Shown here: positions 50,726 through 63,611 of the stretch, piece by piece | Layout of the letters: the number at the start of each line of letters is the position of its first letter | Numbering within the stretch: the first letter of the stretch is position 1 | Assembly (NCBI GenBank): GCA_040954595.2 | Contig: CM082597.2 | Coordinates: 8,080,343-8,144,342, forward strand | Reading direction: 5' to 3' | Source: Balanoglossus misakiensis | Lineage: Eukaryota > Animalia > Hemichordata | DNA: 64,000 nt | Position numbers and translations under genes: made by a program | The notes under the pieces: generated by a model | Seen by the model: the letters and a program-made list of their open reading frames with translations, nothing else | Database searches by the model: none | Told to the model about the DNA's origin: nothing

Positions 50726-51714
50726 ACAGTTTCTTGTCCCTTGAAGAACAGAAAATTATTTAATCTCAGAAAATTCTGATACATAACACTTGACTTTAAG
50801 ATCTTGTATCTGATATTTCCTTACTTTCTTGACACACTGGACAGCAACTATCCTCTACAAGGATGGGGTTGTCACATTCCAGTATTGGGCAAATTTCCAT
50901 GTTACCACATTTTACATTCGCCAACTATGCAGACATGGAGAGACATCAGTTTAGTGTGGAAGAGATAGCATGGGTGCATGGGGATGGGGAGGTGGACTAG
51001 GCAAGGTGGAACTGAGAGGGGGCAGAGGGTGAGGGTGTCATGGGCAGTTCAATAACAGTAACATATGATCTGTCAAATTATAAATGGAATAAGAAAGTTA
51101 TTTTGTTCAGAAGGGACTTTACCTTCTGTTGGTATAACAACAATTCAAAGAAAATTAATCACAAATATTACATTGGAATTATTTACTTTCATTTATTGCT
51201 TGAGCAAATAAGTAGACGTGACATAGCCTACACTGTAGCCTGGCCAATCCATGTCTTTGTCAGAAACACTTTCGCTGATGTCATACTCAGGTTTTTTACG
51301 TGTAACCAATGATATCTATGACTTTTATTATTTGGGAAATTTTCTCAGATTAAAACACTCGATAAAATTATTATATTAACTTACTGTACAAAGACAAGTT
51401 ATGCAGCCATCTTTGATTGTGTTCATATTCTGTATATACTGACCATCATACAGACAATCTGCAAAGAATTAATAACATCACATTATGAGTAAAAAAACCA
51501 TTCTGGTCAATCAGACTTCAGTCAAGGAGAGTATTATTAAAACAAAAGTTATTTATAACCATTTGCCCAGTGAATGTTTTCAAGAGGTTTGAGAAAATGC
51601 TATGCAGCCATGCACTGTTTTCTATATCCACTAGATATGTTCAACTCAGCTGTAATTCATTACAGCCCTAGTATTTCTCGTGTTTATCCATTTTTCATCA
51701 TCGAAAATTGCCTG

Positions 51715-51873
51715 TGGATGATAAAATGCGCCCTCTTTTGGTGAACTCTGCCTACCACCTGACCTTCTACCTAGCTATACTTGACTAGTAAGGCAAGTAG
51801 GCAAGTAGGCGGTCAGCTGGAGGGGTCAGGCGGTAGGCAGAGTTCACCAAAAGGGGGCGCATTTTATCATCCA
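51715..51873. repeat. Inverted-repeat (hairpin) element at the copy C deletion junction
   Basis: tggatgataaaatgcgccc..ttttggtgaactctgcctacc pairs with ggtaggcagagttcaccaaaagggggcgcattttatcatcca (~50-bp arms). Confidence 0.85.
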
Positions 51874-54591
51874 TTGTTTATAATGTGTAGTGTATGAGCA
51901 GAGAAGCCTCAGTGTTCCGGTTAGAACCGTATCGATAAGACAAAGACAGAAGAGTTGACCGACAACAAATTTATTCAGTTTATATCATATAATTCTTACT
52001 TAAACGTTCCCTGAATAAATCCCTGTGATTTAAGTATACATATCATTCCATGGTAGCATGAGTTTCTGCTTTACTACAAATTCATTCTCCCAATCCTGAC
52101 TAGATTTGAGATGCAGATCATCCTTATGTAAATGAATGCTTCATCAATAAACTTGATGACACAAAAGATCTAACTACATGTTCGGTTACCTTGACAACTA
52201 TGACAGCAATGTCCAGGGTTGGGCAATGGATGTGTGCATTCATGTTTACATATCTGTTTGACACAAGTTACAATTCCTTCACTACAGGTACAGATTTCAC
52301 ATTCATCAACAGGACTGGTCCATGTAGAATTGTGGTGATATTCTATATTGTTGAATACACAACCTATAGCACAAAAAGATTCGTTTGGAATCAATTATTC
52401 TTTGGAAATAATTACCAAGAGCTTTATAATTTTGATTAAAACCCTATCACTACTGGGCGTCATACCCGTTTAGAGTGTCAAGGCCCTTAAAATATATATG
52501 TGCCCTTTTTCTTCTTAAAGGTATTTTGACTGTCTTGGCATGGCTCTCTAACGTACTTAAACACACTTGGCAGTCTGAGCCCCCTGTAAAATGTATCAAA
52601 TCGCACTGGTTTGCACTGTATTGGTCTGAGGATCTTGTATAGGCCCTACTGAGTAACACACACTTGGCAGTCTAACAGGTCTGGATGCCAAGATTCTAGG
52701 CACCCTGGTAATCAAACCAGATTTAACCGACATGCCAGTGTTAGCGTTAGAGTGGAAAGTTGCCCAAAATTGCAACCATCATTATCTTCATACGACCAAT
52801 CCTCTGAAATCAATAGGGCTGTATATCACGGAGAAGTATCTGATGGCTTGAATTACTAACCTTTACAATGTGGACAGCATTCACCCACAATTTGTTCTGT
52901 ATATTGGCATGGCAATACAGGGAACTGAGTACATGTGATAACATTATTCTGAAATATAACATGACAATTATGGAGAACAAATGAAGTCATTGTGAATAAC
53001 AATGCATAATGGGATGCAGGTCTAATGTGTCTAAATAATTGATCCAGAAATCAATAAAAGACAATTTCACAGTTTTATATGTATAACTTCATGAATAATA
53101 TTTTAAAGCACATTATATTTTTCAATACGATACATAATAAAACCTTTATAGCTGAGATGCATTGTGGAACCTTTGGTAACACAGCAGAAAGGCGCTCATA
53201 CAAGGGTAAGACTCTTCTCCTATACAACCTTTGGTCTCAAGTCAGTTCAGATCAACTACACAATATGTGAGCATATGATATACTGTAAAACACTTTATTT
53301 TCGCGAGTTGAAATCTTCGAGATATCGAGAAAGGCCACTGTTTTCAGAGTTTTAATTTTTATGTTCTCTTATTTCATTCACTGCATGGTTATCTTCAAAA
53401 ACAATTTTCGCGACTTTTTACTTTCACGCTATTTTGGCTCTCGCGTATTTCGCAAAAATTTATTGCTCGTGAAAATAATGTGTTTTACAGTATACACAAT
53501 GTGTATGAGTAACATCAATTGCTCCTTACCTGACATGTACAATTATACACTCATCAAAATCCATGTATCACCAGATGAATATGTAAAATCATGTGGTTGA
53601 AAATAACACCCTGTAACAAACGAATTCAAACTTTCATTATAGTCCAGTAATCTTTATGATGACTTTGAGTATAGTCCTATTGTAAGGTTATTTCATTGTC
53701 ATTGTAGAAATGACTGTATCAACTGAGCAATATGCTTCAGTATTTGTCCTCGACGTTGCGTATCTCAGACAATACCTCCACTGCACTGTACGATGTACTC
53801 GGACAAAAATCCTGGTACTTTATGAATAACCTTATATTATTTAGGACCATTTATTTCATTTGAATCAAACAGAGTCTAAACATAGCCATACAATATTAAG
53901 CATACATGTACATAAATGCCAAATGACATCAATACCTTCTATTGGTTGACATGTTATTCCATCTGTCCTCAACACGAAGCCATCCAGACATCGACACATA
54001 AATGAACCTCTTGAATTAATGCATTCTTGCTCACACACCTGTAAACCTTCTATATCACATTCATTGATGTCTGAAATACAACACAAATCAAAGTTACTTG
54101 CATGAAGCCAGAAGATACAAATTATACTTTTGAAGCAGTTTCGTTTCCCTGTTTCTTTCAAGACTTTTGATTTAACAAGCCTTTGTAACAAGATTTTGTA
54201 GACTATGCAGTCGTTTTAAAGGTATACAGTCACCTCCAATTTACATAGGCCCATACAATCATTTCATTCAATGCTTCAAGATAACAAAAAATACAAAATA
54301 TTGACATCATGAACATTCATAACAATCCAGTGGTCACTGTGTTTGTTGGTGCAACCTCGGCTACTTGTACTTCATTTAAAATAACATATGACACACTAAT
54401 AGGGTGCACTATGCACACAACAGGCACAACTGTACTGTGCAGAGAGTCTAAGATGTTTGATGTAAATGACACATCAGCTGGTAACCATGATTAATCGTTG
54501 ATCAAAAGTTCCTCACTGATTTGCTAGAAGGACAGAAACTTTGCAAAGGACTTATCAAATCTGCTGGGAAGTTGACATCACAAGTCGCCAA

Positions 54592-55337
54592 TAATCTTTA
54601 CGGCCCTGATACGGGTTTTGCGGCCCGAGGTCGTACGGCGGAAGCACCCGACCGCAGGGAGGGCGCGAATCGCCGTACGACCGAGGGCCGCAAAACCCGT
54701 ATCAGGGCCGTAAAGGTTTTATCATATGCCTTATTGAACGATAATCTACAAGAAATTAATAAAAATACACATTCTGTAATATTTTGGAATGTAAATATTA
54801 CGTTTTTATCTATCGTTTTGAAGTGATCAATCCCGTAGCATAGAGCCGTATTCCTCCAGTTCTTGCGGATTGATATGCACGATGTCATTTGTTTACATTC
54901 TATTGCACGTGAGATATAGACGCGCTTGAACTCACACAGCCGAGCGCGAGCAAAACATTATTTTTTCTTCGCGACGATCGACGCCGACAGTCACACATTA
55001 ATCAAATCAAATCATCAATTTTACTATTCATATTTCCAAATAAAGCTCTACAACATGCAGCGGTTATGGAAGAGGATGTGATTCGGTAGCGGCATAGGAC
55101 GTACACACACTGCAAGTGCACTAGTCACTGACACCGCACCAGAAAAATTAAATTCCGAACGTAGCAACGACAACTTTCGAATCTCGCGCAATAAACACAA
55201 AACTAGATCCGGATATTGAACGCGTCTTCCAAATATGGTCACCGGGCCGGGGCGTGATAAGCAAAAAAACTGCACGGATGTGAGGGCACTTTTCCCCATA
55301 GACTTTACATGGGCACGTGAATATAGGCATATGATAA
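54592..55337 (-). mobile_element. Non-autonomous element with asymmetric inverted repeat and terminal hairpin, Crypton-V-like or Helentron-like (copy C only)
   Basis: Empty site 'gtcgccaacaacaaaaac' at ~14378 and ~35595. Terminal AGGCATATGATAA pairs with subterminal TTATCATATGCCT (~54719). GC-rich hairpin 54596-54715. No clear TSD. Confidence 0.75.
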
Positions 55338-56765
55338 CAACAAAAACAAAACTTACCCTCATCACACAAATCACCCGTGTAACCAGCAAAGCATTCACAT
55401 TCTCCACCATTGCAGATACCATTTTCACATAAACACACACCTGAGAAGGACAATAAACACATAAACAAAGTAAAACAAACAACAGAATGCGATGATCATA
55501 ATGATCATGGTGATATACAATCCAGGTGGTGTCATTTTTTTTCTATCGATAACCAAAGGCCTTACCCCTTGAAACTAATTTTTCAAAGATCTTCATAAAT
55601 GCTTGCATGTCATGCGGCCATTGTACACTGTATATGATCAGATTCCCCTACATCTAAAAATATACATTTTTAGAGTTTTTGTATAGTTGTTCTACATCCT
55701 TTTAGAGTTACATGTGCCAAGATAATTTGCATAAATCCTCAGGTTCTTTGCATATTCTAACTCTATGAACACATTTCCTGCTACATTGACTTTCTCACTT
55801 TGCATAAAGTGTGATATTTACATTTGGAGCAGTCATCTCCACTAAAGCCCTCCTGACAGTTGCAGTATCCTTGGAAACATATTCCATCATTCTTGCAGTC
55901 TGGGATGCAAGGAATCTCTGTAAAAACAATCAAAACACATTCAAAAGATTTCTGATGAAATCATACTTTATCAGGTAATACTTAATTTGCCACATACAAA
56001 TATCACAGAATCGGAATATTTGATATTTTGATACACAATATCATTATTCTATAGCACCATTTACTGTAAAAGAACCAGTTAACAAAAATGCATCATGGGC
56101 AAAATGTTGACTTAACTTATTCTATAGCACCATTTACTGTTAAATAACCAGTTAACAAAATGCATCATGGGCAAAATGTTGACTTAACATTGTCATTAGC
56201 ATTAGAGTTTTGAACAGCGATCCATCATGTGTTTCAAGTGACATTTCAATGGTCAAAGCTTTGTTGTTGCAATATGCATACACAACTTATGAAAGTTTTC
56301 ACCTTTTTGATGGCAAGACCAAAACATTCAAAGTCCCAGTTGCTCTAACTTTTAGCTATTTTTTTCACAGTATTTACAACTTGCATCATAGGGAGTTTGT
56401 TTTGATGCCCTACCCACTGTTTCACACAATACCTGTGTATCTGTGTCATACTGTAAAACACTTTATTTTCGCGAGTCAAAATTTTCGCGATATCGAGAGA
56501 GGCCACTGTTTCGCGAGTATTAATTTTCGTGTTTCATTTCATTCACTGCATTGTTATCTTCAAAACAATTTACGCGACTTTTTATTTTCACGCTATTTTG
56601 GCTCTCGCGTATTTCGCTTAAATTTATTGCTCGCGAAAATAAAGTGTTTTACAGTAGTTAAGAAGTATACAATGTATGCAAATTTAGCCACAGTTACCAT
56701 GGAAAGTTGAGACATGGCCAATCAGAGATTTTGCCTACACACTTTTTATCACTTAAGGGTATATT

Positions 56766-59700
56766 TCACACCACTTCTATACCTTGCATTGTTGACGAAT
56801 TATTGTTTTCAAACTTTATTACAACAATGTGCTCTCCGCCATGAATGTGCACCTTTAACCCTTTCACCACATGGTTTGATCCAAAGCCACTGTTTCCTAT
56901 GACAAAGATGGACCTCAATACAGGGATACAGGGGTGAGAGGGTTTAAACATCTGGCAAATATAGTCTAGTAAATATAGGGCTAGACCCACCACAAATTGC
57001 AACAAATTTTTTTTCTTCAGAATATACTTTGGAGAGGTGTTTAGAACAACATATTAAAAATGCACCCGAATCCACCTTGTGGAAATATGTCTAATTTGCA
57101 TAAATTTAATATTAGAGATTTTGGGGCCAAATATCAAGAAATAAACGCTTTTTTCCATGATTTTAAAGTTCAAAAACTATTTCATGTTCATGACAAAACA
57201 TTTTGGAATAATATTTGACATGGGCAGTTTTCATAATTTGCATAAATTCAATATGGCAGACAGTATTCCTAAAAAACATATTTGGGCTATATATTGGATA
57301 CTTAGTAAGCTATTTTAGTGTTTTTAATTCAAAATTACCTCTATGACATTTGAAACAATGTTAAAAATATCTTGTTTACATTTACACTTTATATTTTGCA
57401 TAAATCCAATATTGCCGCCAAATGAATATTCAACAGCTTATCATACTCCAGCATATAAAATAAGGTTCTGGCATAGAAAATATGTTGTAGCATTAGGATT
57501 ATATACAAAAGAGAATGAAAAATGCTTCCAGATTCAAGCATATACTGTAAAGTAGGTCCAAGATACAGCTAATGGAGTAAAAAAATAGTAAGGTAACATC
57601 TCAGTTTATTTAACAGGTGTTAGTCGTGTAACCAATTCGCCAGAATACATTTCAGCTGATTTTTAAGACTTAGATATATGATTTTAATATTATTTTCGGG
57701 GATAAAGTACGACTTACAAGTTAAATAATACTCTACAATCGTCATTTAATTGACATTTTAATACTATAGGAAGTATATTGTTAGACTGATTACTATACAG
57801 GTTTAAAGAAGTCATGTGATTATAATTATCTGTTGCATTGCTGTTATATTTTCGTTTTACATATTAATGAAAGATAGTTTTATATTTGCTTCATTACTCA
57901 TTCCTAGTGCTACAACATATATTCTATGCTAGAACCTTATTATATATGTCGGAGTATGATAAACTGTCAAACATTCATTTGGCGGCCATATTGGATTTAT
58001 GCAAAATATAAAATGCAAATGTAAACAATTTTTTTCAAAATTGTTCCAAATGTCATAGAGGTAGTTTTGAATAAAAAAACCACTAGAATTGCTTGCGTAT
58101 TACCCGATATACTGCCCAAATATGTTTTTTAGGAATACTGTTCACCATATTGAATTTATGCAAATTATGAAAACTGCCCATGTCAAATATTATTCCAAAA
58201 TGGTTCTTCATGCACATGAAATATTTTAAACTTTAAAAACATGGAAAAATCATGTTTATTTCTTGATATTTGGCCCAAAAATTATTAAATTTATGCAAAT
58301 TAGACATATTTCCACAAGGTGGATTCGGGTGCATTTTTGATATGTTGTTCTAGACACCTCTCCGAAATATATTCTGAAAAAAAAAATTATGTTGCAATTT
58401 GTGGTGGGTTAGGTGCCCAAATCTCGTAGATTTACTAGACTAATAGGTGATCGTAATATTGATTTGTACTCACCACAGGACGATTTTCTCCAGTCCAGCA
58501 CAATCCCCTTCCTCCTGGCTTCATAGGCATAGGCAAACAATACATCACATAGACACTTTTCATGCACAGGATATGCACACATATCAGACAAACACAATTC
58601 ATAGAACGGAGCTGGGTTTACTACACCATGGGCTGGCCGAAATAATGGTCCCTGTGTAAAACCAAACAAAAAAACGGATCATTTACAATGAGAAACTGTT
58701 TAAAAGTATACAGTCACCTATAGAAATGAGCAATAGTTACCATGGCAAATTGATAATTAGCCAATCACACATTTTCAGTGGGTGGCACACGCGAAAAAAA
58801 GAGCACCACCATATGTTCTCAAATATGCCATTTCGCGATATTGAGAGAGGCCACTGTTTAGCGAGTATAAATTTTCGTAATTAAGGTAATTCTACCAGGC
58901 CTCCATTGACACTTACTGTCAAATCTGGCATTAGGTTGATCACCCAATCAACTAGTCTGATCTGAATGACTTGTGTCCAGGCAACAGCAAAGGTACTCTT
59001 GCCATCATTCTGAACTATAATCTTAAAGTTATTCTGATAACAATCTTGTGATAAGACATAGGTACATGTCCCTTGGAAGGAGAAGAATTTCCCATCATAT
59101 GTCCGGTAATGAGGATCTCCAAATACAATACACGAGGCAGATTCTGTAAAAAGACGGAATGCAGAAAGACTTAAAGGCATACGCCCATATATGGCTGAAA
59201 TGTCGTATTTGAGCGTTCTACAGAACACATGGAGGCACTCTTCTTTACGCGTGTGCCACCCACTGAAAATCTGTGATTGGTAGCTAGTCCTCAATTTGCC
59301 ATGGTAACTATTGCTGATTTTCCATAGATGACTGTATACCTATGAGAGTGTCTACCGAAGAATGTTGCTATGATCGCAGCAATGTAACAACAGACGTCAA
59401 ATGTTACCAAAAATTTGTAAACAAATGATATTCAAAGAATGCTTATTATTTACGTAACACATTCTGGACAGTTTTGAGGTCCCAGAATCACATTCTGTGT
59501 CTCTATTTGACTACTCTTTCTGATTGCTCACATTTGATGGTTTGAAGGACTTCCAAAGGCAATCTGACTGGCGTTGTTTCACATAACAATTTCTTATATC
59601 TCTTGCATTTTGTAAACAAGTCCAAATCCTTAGACTGTTGCTCCCCTTTGAAATCTAGTTTTATCGACTTTGGTAACATTTCCTGGGTTTATGACACATT

Positions 59701-62700
59701 TTGATCACATTATGTCTAAATATGGTATAGTATGCACCCAGACATAAGTGACACACGTCAGCCTCCACTATGTTTTCGTGTAAACTTGGCTGTCAGTTTT
59801 TAATAACCTCATAATATATTGATAATTATACTCACTTGGAACACATTTCTGGCAGCATTCACCATCAATATGGCCAATCTCTTCTTCCTGGAAATATAAA
59901 CAACAAATGAATTATTACCACAGTAAATACAAATTGTATATCCACTGAGAAGACACACAATAAAACATCTATAGCACAGTGTCTTCAAATTTTTAATACA
60001 GAGAAACCTGTCTATTAAAGACACCTTCAGGAACAGAAAGACTGTCCTTATTGCAGAGGTGTCCTTAATGACAGATTTCACTGTAATTGTATAGAAAAAA
60101 TTTGAAATGGGTAAAATGTAAGTGAATGGAACATCCCTCTTCCATAATACTGAACCTTATAAACGAATGTGCCGCTATTTAGAATTAACATATAACAAAT
60201 TTATCATTTCTGTTCAGAACAGTGATTGTGAATTGATCAATTTCTGATGGACACTTGAATGAAGTACATTTATTTCAGATGCTAAACAATTGAGAAAGTT
60301 GTTTGGTTTGTTTGGTTTGATTACTACAAAAGGGCTGTCTTGAAAATCCAAATAATGAGAACTAATACAAAAGGGCTTTCTTGAAAAAAAAACAAATGAT
60401 GAGAATTCTTTAATATGTTTTATGGAGTTGACCAATAAACCTCAGTTGATACCCAAAACAAAAATATTCAGAAAACAGCACAAAGTTAGAGTTACTTGTC
60501 CTTTAAAACTATTGCTCTCAGGCCCATAAAGTAAAACAACGCAAAACTGAAGTCTGACCATACACTATTGAATTCATGACTGATAAACTTACCGCTGAGC
60601 AAGTCAAAGGTTGACAGACTTCTTGAACGCAGCTCTCTTTACCATTGAAGCAATCACATATGTCGCACCCCACATGCCAAGTTTCACCAGACTGAAAAAT
60701 GAAAGTTCAAATTTTGCTGGAAACCCGGTATGCAGATCGTGTGTGTATAATTGCTCTGTCATAATTAACCCTAATGCTACTGGGTGTCATACCTGTTCAG
60801 AGTCTCAAGTCCCTTAAATAAAATACGTATTTGCCATTTTATCTTCTATAATGTATTTTGACTGTCTTGACATGGCTCTCATACGTACCGAGATACACTT
60901 GGCAGTCTGAACCTCCCAGAAAATGAACCAAATTGCACTGGTTTGTACTGTATTGGTCTGAGGGTCTTGGATAGGCCCTACTGATTAACACGCACTTGGC
61001 AGTCTAACAGGCCTGGGAGCCAGGATTCTAGGCACCTTTCAACTGACTTGGCAGCGTTAGTGTTAATTTACATTTCATTATACATTTGCTGTGCTACACT
61101 TATGACCATTCTCTTTACCTCTCTCGTATTTCCACTTGGTTTTTTTTGCAGATTACTTGCATGACAATGCGTACCAAACAAATAAAAAGAGGTGTATGCC
61201 ACTTGGTGCAAAGACTGGCATAAATTGCTGATGAGCTAACACCAATGGCACAGCTCGTCTTGCATTGTGAAGTCTCAGCAGAATCCATTTTTGCCGAAAA
61301 TTTATCATATATCTTAGAAATTAAATTGTTACCTGATATCTCCTGCCTTTGTACATACAATAAGATTCCACAGTACATTTTGGACAGCAACTGCCATGTG
61401 GTAAAATCTGGTTTTCTAGATCACAGTTGATTTGTTCACAATTGGGTCTTTCACAGGTTACCTCGCCATCCTTAACAGAAATTCAGAAAACATTGTATGA
61501 CATAAAACAGGTCGACGGAGAGGATGAAATGTTTTCAATAATCTGTACAGTGAATATACAGGAAAAATAGCAACATTATTCAACAAGTTATACAAGTTAT
61601 GTGAAAATGTTGCATCAAACTTTGATAGGGAAAATGTGCCATTCAAAGTGTTTGCTTGCAGGTACTGAACCAATTTCAGAATTTTCGATAAATTTTCAGA
61701 ATTTCTTTTAAATCTTAGGTTTTCTTCAACAGACATATTAGTGTTTCCATCAACTTGATGTTTTCAAAAAGAGAAAGTATTATTTTTGAAATGTGGAATT
61801 ACTGTAAAACATGTTATTTTCGTGAGCAATAAATTTTTCGTGAAATACGCGAGAACCAAAATAGCGTGAAAATAAAAAGTCGCATAAATTTTTTTCGAAG
61901 ATAATGATGCAGTGAATGAATTAAGAAAACGCGAAAATTATTACTAGCGAAACAGTGGCCTCTCTCGATATCGCGAAAATTTCAACTCGCAAAAATAAAG
62001 TGTTTTACAGTAGTTTGGAACACGGTTATAATAATAAACTACACACAAAAAACATTAGAGGTTCACCAGAAGACAAAGTGTTAGATCAGAAACTTACCAG
62101 ACATGTGCAAAGGCTGCAAGGATCAGCCAATGGAACAAACTGTTCACCAGTTTTGTAAATCTGATTCTCAAAGCTACATTCCAAAGGACCTGTAAATGGA
62201 ACATGACAACTGGTGGTATTATCTAGAGGAAGTGGAAAGTCACTGACTTCTGAAATGTTCTGAATACTAGTACTCTCTTAAAGGCAATAGATCGTCTCAC
62301 GCGCATGTGTGTAACTTCCCAGCAAATTTTCCGTTCGATGCATTCAAAAAGTGGACTGCCTTCGCTTCCTTCCATATTTCATGCGCACCGTATAAGTAGA
62401 TTCTGGTTTTGTCCCTCCTTTTTACCCAAGCTGGTGTTTTCTCACGATCTCCGACATAGATTATGGTCGCCGCCATCTTGTCTGTTGTTAGGACAGAGCA
62501 CTGCCTTATGGGATTGACTGTTCACTAAATGTCTGTAACCAGCGGCTACAGCTGGAACATGCGTGTGAGACGAGCTAGGTGCTCTAAAGGGCAGTGATCA
62601 TCTTATGCGCATGTGCCAAACCAGAGACTCTGGTTACATAAATTGTATACAGTCATTGCCATAAGGCAGTGTGCTGTCCTGACAACAGACAAGATGGCGA

Positions 62701-63611
62701 CAACCATAATCTGTGAGTGATTGGGAAAAAACAGCAAATTGGATGAAAAGAAGGGACAAAACTAAAGTCTGGGTGAACATGAAATATAGAAGGAAGCGAA
62801 GGCAGTCCACTATTTGAATGTATTGAATGCAAACTTTGCACAACACTTGGATTGGATGTAATGTTTGGACACATTAAATACACACATGTGCATAAGACGA
62901 TCATTGGCCTTTTACAGTTGTCACTGTGAGCAATAAATTGTATCAAGGAATACATACGCTCAATTGTATTGAAACTTTTTGTGTTGTAAAAAGTTACCAC
63001 AGACACGCATTGCATGATTGAACACCATATGTTGATGTACATAAAAAAAACTTACTTGCACAGCGTGGACAGCATTCACCTGCATCACGTAGGATTCTAT
63101 CTTCGTTACATTCTAACTCAGGACACAATTTGACATCACATGAAACATGACCATCCTGACAGAAAATACACACACAGACAATAAGACAACAACTCATATG
63201 ATTATCAATTGATCATACACTTGTTAAAATTCACACAAAAACATATTTATCAACATCAGTAAAAATTGAACAATGAATGCTGGACCGGTTTTACAATTCA
63301 CCACTTTTGATTGCGATTGACACTTTTTTAAATCAAAGTATTTTATTTTCTTTGCAACAGCTTTGTGGATGTCTAACTGCAGGGAGATCTAACTTCAACC
63401 CTTACGCCAACATGGTTGGTCCAAATCCATTGTTTTCTATGGTAAAGTTGGACTTCCAAACAGGGAAATGGGGATGAAAGGTTAATATAAGACTTGCATC
63501 TGGGTTATTCACTTACCATACATATACATGATGTACAAGGATTTAAATTCTGTGCCATTCTGATATACAATGCCTGTTGTATTATTCTCACAAACTCTTT
63601 CCAAAGGCTCT
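56766..63611 (-). pseudogene. Copy D of kielin/chordin-like gene (5' part off window)
   Basis: 5-bp deletion in a VWC exon at ~63543. The VWD exon is truncated at ~58880 and the second VWD exon is lost. C8 has Cys>Tyr (MCAYP). Confidence 0.85.
56962..58442. mobile_element. Same Academ-like insertion, 1481-bp longest version
   Basis: Same ends and TSD; inverted arms of ~530-550 bp around a unique core. Confidence 0.85.

Larger units (their letters stand above)
37103..55917 (-). pseudogene. Copy C of kielin/chordin-like gene
   Basis: 1-bp deletions near 53545 and 46812, a 51-bp in-frame VWD deletion (GDPH|VLSQD, ~39295), loss of the second VWD exon (junction ~38969), and a 1-bp deletion in the C8 exon (~38193). 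Confidence 0.88.
41153..60969. repeat. Tandem segmental duplication unit 3 (~19.8 kb)
   Basis: Colinear copy with private insertions (45430, 49078, 54592) and private deletions. Confidence 0.98.

Noticed and set aside
54596-54715. GC-rich hairpin as a structured ncRNA or terminator
   Set aside because: It is the terminus of a copy-specific insertion and is absent from the paralogous sites.
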